In this document: positions 11,151 to 19,410 of the stretch, one piece after another | Layout of the letters: every line of letters starts with the position of its first letter | Position numbering within the stretch: the stretch's first letter is position 1 | Assembly (NCBI GenBank): GCA_024626585.2 | Contig: JANKJI020000002.1 | Location: 175,356,252-175,375,661 of the forward strand | Direction: 5' to 3' | Source: Ginkgo biloba | Taxonomy: Eukaryota; Plantae; Ginkgophyta | DNA length: 19,410 nt | Translations under genes and position numbers: made by a program | Notes under the pieces: generated by a model | The model's database searches: none | Told to the model about the DNA's origin: nothing | What the model saw: only the letters and a program-made list of their open reading frames with translations

Positions 11151-12815
11151 TAAGTGAGTCAATTTGATGTAGGACTTTAATTAGTCTTCTAGGCACAAAT
11201 AAATGTTATATTAACTTCTTTATAAAGTATAAAAAGCGATTTTAACTATGTTACATACTTTTATTGATAATTTGGACTATCTTATTGAAAACAAAAACCA
11301 TGTCCAACCACTTCCCTTAAAAAAATACAAATAAAAATAAAACACCCCTTTATTAAACATAATATATATCTATTAATTAGCTCATATTTATTTATATAAA
11401 TGACGATATTAATTTAATGCATAAATCCTATTCTACATTCTCTTATTAATACTTTCACATCTTCTTAACACAATTATTTTATTTAAATTAATTTCAATTG
11501 AAGTAAATGAATTCCATAGAGAAGACGTGGATGTTTTATTGGGGATAGTATAAATGAATTTTGCATAATAGATGTGGATGTATTAATGAGGGATATTGTG
11601 AGAAAATATTTTAATTAAAGTAAATAAATTCCTTCAAGTGGATGTGGTAGTAATGATGGGGGANNNNNNNNNNNNNNNNNNNNNNNNNNNNNNNNNNNNN
11701 NNNNNNNNNNNNNNNNNNNNNNNNNNNNNNNNNNNNNNNNNNNNNNNNNNNNNNNNNNNNNNNTTGTTATTAACAAATATGATTACTTATGAGTTGTCAA
11801 GATGTAATGATGTGTGGAATCAAACACAAATGAGCCTTTGGATGGATTCAAATGCATGGTTATTTTGTGAATTTGCATGGTTTGTAGACATGAATTGAAT
11901 CATGGAAAATTTAATCGAAGATCTCAAATATTTGAAGCTAAGCTATTAGTATCTCTTCTCTATTACATTAAGGTTATGCACATTTATGTTTATAACCATA
12001 GTTGCCTTCATCTTGATTCACTACATAGGAATATCATTGTTGATATCAATGATAGGAGACAGGAGTACATAGTGTTAATGATATCTAGACTTTTCTTATT
12101 GGTAGTCATTTGTGGGTTATTTTATTATAAATCAAAGGCAATGTATTTGATGGAAGTATCATGATATCACCCTCTAGATGCATAGCGAATGCTTTTTACC
12201 CATTTCATAGAGCAATCCATTCTATCAGGGAAATTCATGCTTAAGAACTTATATTTCCAAAGAAGAATTCTGGAAAGAGTTGGAGTTAGTTGCAAAAATA
12301 TGGCCATACCTCCAAGCTTGCACTACATTCCTTCGAGAACCATAGTTGAAGCCTTTTTGACAAATGCAAAGATAGTAATGTTTACCTGCATACATGATTT
12401 GTTCTAGAAAAGCCAAGTGCATCCCAAAGAAATTCAAGTCTTAGCAACAAACTACGTCTTCAATCCTCACCATCTTTAGTTACATTGATAATGAAAAATC
12501 TAAGATTCATAACAACATCAAGACCTTTAATCTTACATGAATGGAAGGTAGCACTAATATAATTTCACTAGATGTAGCAAGAAATTATCTTTAGAGTTCA
12601 CACTGGTGGGATGTATCGCATTGTTGTGTGCACAGAGAATATAACACAAAATTGGTATTTGGGAAACCATATGTCCNNNNNNNNNNNNNNNNNNNNNNNN
12701 NNNNNNNNNNNNNNNNNAATTCTACTATGCAACAAAAGAAGAGATTTGTACAAAGCCAAATGTAGGCTTTTCAATATTATAAGAAACAACTACATAAAAA
12801 ATGGAAATGTGCCAT

Positions 12816-12834
12816 AAAAAAAAAAAAAAAAAAA
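12816..12834 (+). repeat. Poly(A) run, 19 nt
   Basis: Directly visible; possibly the tail of a decayed non-LTR retroelement. Confidence 0.8.
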
Positions 12835-13063
12835 TTAATACTTAACTAACAATACTGTTGTTATGACAATTATTACCACACGTAATGGCTAGTGATTAAC
12901 AAAAATAATGACAATGATTCCTCACAAAAACTTCTAGAAATAAAATCGAATTTTTTTACACAATGCACGGCAAATTTATATTGGTATTTATTAACCAAAG
13001 GTTCAAGCCATAGAAAAAAAAAAACCCTGAACAAAGAGNNNNNNNNNNNNNNNNNNNNNNNNN

Positions 13064-13338
13064 CAGAAAGACATACGCTGTTAAATTAACAATATTCCGT
13101 ATAATACGCTTGGAAGGCATATTTACGGCGCCTAGGGTACAAAAATACGTAGAACAACCGTAGAGAGATTCGTAGCAGGGCATTTGCGAAAATCTTTTGT
13201 CATTCATTTCTCTTTCTGCAGAGGGCTTCAATTATCTGAACTTATTTGAGGACCAAGTTCGATGCTCCATTACCAGGCTCGTGCACGTCAATGCTTCCTA
13301 GAGCATTTTCAAAGTTGAATCTTATCATTGCGTTGTTG
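13064..13338 (+). promoter_or_regulatory. CpG-retaining patch; probable promoter / transcription start region of the PTB gene
   Basis: 13 CpG counted in about 275 nt, against near absence of CpG in the upstream 12.8 kb. Contains a CACGTCA (bZIP-type ACGT core) at about 13284-13290. Lies 1.6-1.8 kb upstream of the ATG. Confidence 0.5.
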
Positions 13339-14125
13339 NNNNNNNNNNNNNNNNNNNNNNNNNNNNNNNNNNNNNNNNNNNNNNNNNNNNNNNNNNNNNN
13401 NNNNNNNNNNNNNNNNNNNNNNNNNNNNNNNNNNNNNNNNNNNNNNNNNNNNNNNNNNNNNNNNNNNNNNNNNNNNNNNNNNNNNNNNNNNNNNNNNNNN
13501 NNNNNNNNNNNNNNNNNNNNNNNNNNNNNNNNNNNNNNNNNNNNNNNNNNNNNNNNNNNNNNNNNNNNNNNNNNNNNNNNNNNNNNNNNNNNNNNNNNNN
13601 NNNNNNNNNNNNNNNNNNNNNNNNNNNNNNNNNNNNNNNNNNNNNNNNNNNNNNNNNNNNNNNNNNNNNNNNNNNNNNNNNNNNNNNNNNNNNNNNNNNN
13701 NNNNNNNNNNNNNNNNNNNNNNNNNNNNNNNNNNNNNNNNNNNNNNNNNNNNNNNNNNNNNNNNNNNNNNNNNNNNNNNNNNNNNNNNNNNNNNNNNNNN
13801 NNNNNNNNNNNNNNNNNNNNNNNNNNNNNNNNNNNNNNNNNNNNNNNNNNNNNNNNNNNNNNNNNNNNNNNNNNNNNNNNNNNNNNNNNNNNNNNNNNNN
13901 NNNNNNNNNNNNNNNNNNNNNNNNNNNNNNNNNNNNNNNNNNNNNNNNNNNNNNNNNNNNNNNNNNNNNNNNNNNNNNNNNNNNNNNNNNNNNNNNNNNN
14001 NNNNNNNNNNNNNNNNNNNNNNNNNNNNNNNNNNNNNNNNNNNNNNNNNNNNNNNNNNNNNNNNNNNNNNNNNNNNNNNNNNNNNNNNNNNNNNNNNNNN
14101 NNNNNNNNNNNNNNNNNNNNNNNNN
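13339..14125. other. Largest assembly gap (787 N), probably hiding part of the PTB 5' UTR and its intron donor
   Basis: N run between the CpG-rich patch and the intron-like sequence upstream of the 14700 acceptor. Confidence 0.85.
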
Positions 14126-14700
14126 TAATATTTGAGTGGTAAAGTTCACAACTTTAAAATGTTTAAAATTTTAGAGGCAACTTGAATTTGAGTCCAATGA
14201 TTCTTTTTCTTGTTGTACTTGAGGCGTGGGAGTTGGAGCCATTATGGTTGTAGGGGTTTCAAAAGTTGCCAGTATAGGGGTTTTAAGGGGTTTCTGAGAG
14301 AAAATGCATGCAGTTGAATGGCCTATAAAGACTATTTAGTATTGGAAATTTTGGTAATATGAATATGACTCAGTTCTTCATCCTGAATTTCCCTCCGCAA
14401 TATGTGCCTGTCATCTACTGCTGACCAACACCAATATCATGCATTCTAGAGCAGAAAACTTATGCTATATGTTAAAAACTTTAAATCTTTATTATTACAT
14501 CCATGCTTAGTTTGATTGATCAGGTTTGCCCATTTCATTTTAGCTGGGGTGTATGGGGAATTTAACTTTGTATTTTTGCAGAGCACAGAATTCTTTCATT
14601 TTTATTTTAGTATGTTCTTCAAGATAGCAGCTCCCATGTTTCATATGTACAATTATTTATGTGACACGCACAGCTGTCCACAAATCTTTTCTTCTTCCAG

Positions 14701-14888
14701 GGTTTGAAGGCAAGAGACCATATTTGACTTCATTCTTACAATCCTTTGTGGGGACTGGACTTGATCAGAAATTGATTTGGTGAAATGCTTTACATCAATT
14801 TGATTGGAGTTGTTTTACTCTCTTAGTTGGACCAAGAGGTAGAGCGACATAGTTAGAATTTTGTAGTCAGCGTCACAGTTTGAACAAA
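14701..14888 (+). other. Probable 5' UTR part of the ATG-containing exon, preceded by a 5' UTR intron
   Basis: Strong acceptor tcttttcttcttccag| ending at 14700, with U-rich intron-like sequence upstream (14126-14700). Alternative AGs occur at 14826 and 14866. The matching donor probably lies in the 13339-14125 gap. Confidence 0.55.
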
Positions 14889-15071
14889 ATGGCTTCAGCT
14901 GGGCAACCACAGTTCCGCTACACTCAGCCACCCTCAAAAGTTCTGCACCTCAGGAATCTACCCTGGGAGTGTACCGAAGAGGAACTTATTGAACTTGGCA
15001 AGCCTTTTGGTAAAATTATCAACACAAAAGTCAATGTTGGAGCCAATCATAACCAGGCTTTTGTTGAATTT
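14889..15071 (+). CDS. PTB: PTB coding exon 1 (start codon, N-terminal half of RRM1)
   Basis: ATG at 14889 in context aaaATGG; SKVLHLRNLP and QAFVEF RRM motifs; donor TTT|GTAAGT at 15072. Confidence 0.96.
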
Positions 15072-17203
15072 GTAAGTATTTTGCCTTCCTATATTGCAAG
15101 CTCCTTGAATTATTTCTGAAATTTATCTGATTAATTGCACTTTACACTGGGCATTGCGATTCGATCCTCGTGGAAACATCATATGCAGAAAAAAAAATGT
15201 AAGATGAGAAAATAACCTAGATCATGGTTTGGGTCGAGATGTTAAACAANNNNNNNNNNNNNNNNNNNNNNNNNNNNNNNNNNNNNNNNNNNNNNNNNNN
15301 NNNNNNNNNNNNNNNNNNNNNNNNNNNNNNNNNNNNNNNNNNNNNNNNNTTGCTGAGAATGATGTTTATACTAGGAAGATTTCGGAACCATTGCTTTTAA
15401 CATTGTAGGAGGAAATAGGTGCAGTATCTGACCTTGGTATTTTTATTTGGAAGTCAAATCTTCTCATGCATGTGGGTATATTTTTCCATATTAATAGTCT
15501 TTAGTTGCCTTGCTAAAATTTGGATTGCACTTTGTAATGCCCTATAGGCGGATTTGAATCAAGCCATTGCAATGGTTTCATATTATGCTTCCTCATCTGA
15601 GCCAGCTCAGGTACGAGGCAAAACTGTCTATCTTCAATACTCCAACAGGCAAGAAATTGTCAACAGCAAAAATTCTGGGGATGTTGCCAGCAATGTTCTT
15701 CTGGTGACCATTGAGGGTGTAGAGGCTGGCGATGTCAGCATTGATGTTCTGCATTTGGTAAGTCTCTAGAACTCTACAGTGGAATCTCCAGGTCCTGGAG
15801 CATTAAAGGTATTATAGTCCCTCAAAATCAACGCTAGCTTTGGTTTCACAGTAGCTAATATTTTATTGTTATTGTTCCATTTACAGACGAGTGTAGGAGA
15901 TATTGAACGATATTTGATGTGTCTTGTCTTGTGAATTTCAGTGACAAACAAGGGGTTATACTTTATGTATGGCTTGTGTTTGACATAACTCTACATGGAT
16001 CAGCAGGTCCATGTCACGGACACATCTTCGATGGCTGCCTACTGCATTGGGAGAAAGCGCACGTGTGTTTGTTTCCTCCCCTTTGCTTAACCCTGCCTCT
16101 CGACCCTACTCCTGCTCCTAACCCTACCTCCTGACAAGTTGAGATTGTTGTTGATTCATCTCACTGCTCTTTACCATTTTTGCCTTAAAACCTCATTTAC
16201 ATCCATGCAACCTAGGTTATCAAAGCTTTTTGAGGTTGGGCAATTGCTTTCTTTGGGTCTGCCTTATTGGAATGGATCATTGTTTGTACCAGTTTAGTAA
16301 TATTGATCAACTGTTAGGAAAAAGATAGTGTAGAAGTAATTTATCTGGAGATGTGTNNNNNNNNNNCCTTGGTGCTGTTTTCCTGTAATATTTGTAGTTG
16401 TTGGGTTTGGGTTGCTTCATAGAGGTTGTCCAAGAATAATTTGGAGGGTTGATATCAAATATGTTTTGCATTGTTAGCTTCAATTGTTTGATGCAATCAA
16501 GAAATTATTTATTTTATACATATTAGGAACGCTTCCATTTGTATTTTTGTTATGTTAGTTATTAATAAGTTTGCCTTTAGTGAACTTCCTGTACAGTTTG
16601 TATTTGTGTGATGAAGCTGCTGGATGCTTCCTAGCAAGATAGACTTTTGAGTACAGCAACTTGATGGGAAGTTGTCTGCTTTGTATTTTAGGAGGTATCC
16701 ATTTGAGTGAGAATCTCATTATCTGCTTTATGCTGCAGGTTTTCTCAGCCTTTGGTTTTGTGCATAAGATTGCTACCTTTGAGAAGAGTGCTGGTTTTCA
16801 GGTTTTGTAATTTTGAAAATCTGTTAGCAAGATGCTCATAGTCGAAGAAAAGCATTGTATCAGGGTGTCTCTCTATTTTTGTGATTCTTATACAATTTAA
16901 TTTCTGTACAGGCTTTGGTGCAATTTAGTGACTCAAACACTGCTGCCACTGCAAAAAATGCACTGGATGGAAGAAGCATTCCAAGGTGAATGCACATTTT
17001 ACATATGATCAACAATCATGTGTGCTACAGTTGCATATTGTACAGAGTTTCTAGTGGGTCTATGATTCACTTACATTGCTGTTTGTGTTTCATGTGTTTG
17101 AATCTAGATATCTGCTTCCAGAGCATGTGGGACCATGCAACCTGCGAATAACTTTTTCTGCACACAATGACTTAAATGTGAAATTTCAGAGTCATCGGAG
17201 TAG
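14889..17203 (+). CDS. PTB: Polypyrimidine tract-binding protein, plant PTB1/PTB2 clade; spliced and 3'-partial: join(14889..15071,15548..15757,16739..16801,16912..16985,17108..17203)
   Basis: Manual splicing gives MASAGQPQFRYTQPPSKVLHLRNLPWECTEEELIELGKPFGKIINTKVNVGANHNQAFVEF/ADLNQAIAMVSYYASSSEPAQVRGKTVYLQYSNRQEIVNSKNSGDVASNVLLVTIEGVEAGDVSIDVLHL/VFSAFGFVHKIATFEKSAGFQ/ALVQFSDSNTAATAKNALDGRSIPR/YLLPEHVGPCNLRITFSAHNDLNVKFQSHRS(R). This is 626 nt with no stops, all introns GT-AG and phases 0,0,0,2,2. It is recognisable as RRM1+RRM2 of plant PTB1/2. The expected next exon (DYTNPYL...) was not found before 19410. Confidence 0.97.
15548..15757 (+). CDS. PTB: PTB coding exon 2 (end of RRM1, linker, start of RRM2)
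   Basis: Acceptor cctatag|GCG; 210 nt encoding ADLNQAIAM...SIDVLHL; donor TTG|GTAAGT at 15758. Confidence 0.96.
16004..16062 (+). other. Candidate poison (PTC-introducing) cassette exon of PTB
   Basis: GC-richer island in the intron after coding exon 2, with a NAGNAG acceptor (CAGCAG 16001-16006) and donor CAC|GTGTGT at 16063. It is 59 or 56 nt, so frameshifting. Its position corresponds to the AS-NMD cassette exon known from Arabidopsis PTB1/PTB2. Longer forms starting at 15887 or 15942 are also possible. Confidence 0.72.
16066..16133 (+). promoter_or_regulatory. C/U-rich intronic element directly downstream of the cassette exon (putative PTB-binding splicing element)
   Basis: tttgtttcctcccctttgcttaaccctgcctctcgaccctactcctgctcctaaccctacctcct is strikingly C-rich compared with the U/A-rich intron around it and is not positioned as a 3' splice-site tract for any coding exon. 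Confidence 0.6.
16739..16801 (+). CDS. PTB: PTB coding exon 3 (RRM2)
   Basis: Acceptor tgctgcag|GTT; 63 nt encoding VFSAFGFVHKIATFEKSAGFQ; donor CAG|GTTTTG. Not in the ORF track. Confidence 0.95.
16912..16985 (+). CDS. PTB: PTB coding exon 4 (RRM2)
   Basis: Acceptor tttctgtacag|GCT; 74 nt encoding ALVQFSDSNTAATAKNALDGRSIP(R); donor AG|GTGAAT. Confidence 0.95.
17108..17203 (+). CDS. PTB: PTB coding exon 5 (end of RRM2)
   Basis: Acceptor aatctag|A; 96 nt encoding (R)YLLPEHVGPCNLRITFSAHNDLNVKFQSHRS(R); donor AG|GTACGA. Confidence 0.95.
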
Positions 17204-19410
17204 GTACGAAGAACATTTTTTGAGTTATTGTTGTGATGGATGCAGATAATTGGGCATTCTTTGGAAAGTTCAAGCAGGGTATTGGGTACTTTATCAATAT
17301 GTCCTTAATCTGGTGTAAGATTTTCTGCACATTTAGGTGTACATTGTTTGTGTTTGTGCTGTGATGATGCATCTGAATATGTTGGATAGATATGCATATT
17401 TTTCCAGAAACAGTGAACATGCAGTTTTTTAGGGCCCTTTGGATGCCTGCTAGAGTCCCGATGACTTTTGTCCATTGGGATTATATGCTATTATACCTAG
17501 GCTAGCTCTGGATGGGTGCTTTCAGTGAGAAAGCTATGAATTTATTTGTGACATATCTAGTGCATGGCTAGAGAACTGTTCTGGATGAAATCACTCAGCA
17601 GTCATATATTATAGTTGATGAATGCAAATACGTTAAAGGACTTATTCTGATTTGTGGATTTTAATAAAAGAAATCATCTAGAAGTATTATGGAAAAGGAT
17701 GGGAACTAGTGATTTCTTGAGAGTTGTGACTTGCAAATACACACTGTTTCAAAAGGTCGAGCAAGTAGGAAAATATTTTAAGGATGTTGCAAGGAGACTT
17801 CATACCATATAGGAGCAAGCCATTGCCACTTTCCTCCTCCAGTTTTGGAATATACATTGACAATCCAGAGCTTGAATTCAAAGAAAAATGCTGCACATGG
17901 ACATGAGTAAAACTTTTCAGTCTCTTCTACTACTATCTTTAGATTGTGGCTCTATTATCTTGATATTTCAAGTCAAACATTGTAAATAAGATGATGATTG
18001 CATTTTTTTTTTTCTTTTAGTTGTAAAAATATGATTCTACTAATGGGAAAAGTTACAAGCTTTACCACAAAATCGGTTGGCTTAGGCACACCCTCAACAC
18101 CCCGGTGTAAGTGAAAACTGATTGTTCATGGCTTAGAACATAAACAAAAAAACCTTGCCCCAAAACCCTCGAGAGCATAAGCTACCAAGCACATATGGTA
18201 GAATGCAAGGGCAATAAACTTGATCACATAAGATCATAGGACCCTAGCCCAAAGAGAAAAGGGGTCTAAAAAATATTAACCACAAAACTTTAGAAACTAG
18301 ACATAAATNNNNNNNNNNNNNNNNNNNNNNNNNNNNNNNNNNNNNNNNNNNNNNNNNNNNNNNNNNNNNNNNNNNNNNNNNNNNNNNNNNNNNNNNNNNN
18401 NNNNNNNNGTGTAGTATGTGGGTACGACAGTTTGGGGGCTTAAAAAAATTATATATAGCTACAAATTTTAAACAATCTAGATTCTATACCCATTGTCATT
18501 TATCCATGCAGTTAACAATGGTTATCGATGCATGAAATTCAAAATGTTAATAATTTATTCTTAGGTACATTGAGAATTTGAGATACATGTCCATTGTTAA
18601 ATGACAAAATAAAAATGGCAAGTTGCACAATAATGTCTTTACAAATTTTTCAGTGCTTATAATGATGTTTGTTTTTTTGTTAGTGGCTTCATATAGTCAG
18701 TTCTTTAAGTTATGGTTAGTATTTAGAGTTAGCTACTGGGGTTTTGTTGTTGATGCTGTTGTTGTTTGTGCTTTTCTTGTTTTTAAGTTCTTTTGTGACC
18801 TCTACTTCTATTTGTGGGTATGCCAAGGTTTGCTTGAGTACTTCCCTGATTGTACTAGCATAGGGTAGTGTACTTATATATCTGGTACGATATCTATCCC
18901 AATATTCATCCCCACCACCTTGGGTACACACAACCGACAACTGTGCTTGTAAGCAAGGTGGAAATGATTTAGACATGAATTGGGATGATTCATCCTTTTT
19001 CATAGCAAAGCAATATGGATGATTCGTTGTAATCTTTCATAATTACACTGATTATTCCATACAAATCTTGAGTACAATGCTTCAATGTGTAACGGTTAGG
19101 AAATTATTGATTGGAGAAGATCGATGATTCATGTGCCACATAGGGTGTCCTATTTTTACATACAATAGGAGGGTTGCTATCAAATCTTGCAACGCTTATT
19201 TAATGATGCCTTTTCATTATAATAAATGGCTAATCATAATTAATATTGAGTTGGGCCTCAACTTTGCTTGTGATTGGCTCATACCTGTTGTGACTAATGT
19301 GCAAGGGATTGTGATTTGCCTTGTGATAGAATACCTAGTACGTCATCAAAGTGCTGATACTTTCACTGATGTGGAATCACATCAATAAACACCTAATTTA
19401 ATAGGATCGA

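Noticed and set aside
11764-12834. Possible LINE 3' remnant (weak FCEFAWFV…NHGKFNRRSQIFE resemblance to the W-x-x-W-x-x-RN-x-x-x-F motif, ending in A19)
   Set aside because: Needs frameshifts and several substitutions; no RT motifs or TSD seen. Too weak to call without a search.
13246-14149. Long ORFs of 266-298 aa on both strands
   Set aside because: Almost entirely N-gap read-through. The same applies to the other X-filled ORFs in the track.
14251-14294. Three (T/A)AGGGGTTT motifs resembling reverse telo-boxes
   Set aside because: They have four G rather than the three of the canonical AAACCCTA complement, and their function cannot be supported.
15919-16134. 71-aa ORF (…GPCHGHIFDGCLLHWEKAHV…PTPAPNPTS) as an independent small protein
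   Set aside because: It has a non-ATG start inside an intron. Its openness is explained by the GC-richer cassette exon and the C-rich tract.
17204-19410. Further PTB exons and the small ORFs in this interval
   Set aside because: No DYTNPYL-like exon was found. The ORFs are low-complexity or unrecognisable, so the interval is treated as a long intron, probably with decayed repeat insertions.

Overview
Land-plant nuclear genomic DNA from a gappy draft assembly (many N runs). It is AT-rich and strongly CpG-depleted, and is probably a non-angiosperm such as a gymnosperm (inference). The right third holds the 5' part of a + strand polypyrimidine tract-binding protein gene (plant PTB1/PTB2 clade). 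Five coding exons (14889-15071, 15548-15757, 16739-16801, 16912-16985, 17108-17203) splice with GT-AG boundaries into 208 stop-free codons covering RRM1 and RRM2, and the gene continues past the window end. The intron after coding exon 2 carries a candidate poison cassette exon ending at 16062, with several possible acceptors that all give a premature stop, followed directly by a C/U-rich tract. This matches the architecture of PTB auto-regulation by alternative splicing coupled to NMD. A CpG-retaining patch at about 13.06-13.34 kb likely marks the promoter/5' end. The left 13 kb is decayed repeat DNA. It contains four fossil OTU-like cysteine-protease domains (a two-domain unit duplicated at about 2.15 kb spacing, possibly from a Helitron-type element), a 381-bp Tourist/PIF-Harbinger-like MITE with a TAA target-site duplication, and two older tandem duplications. 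Most ORFs in the supplied track are artefacts of N gaps or chance.
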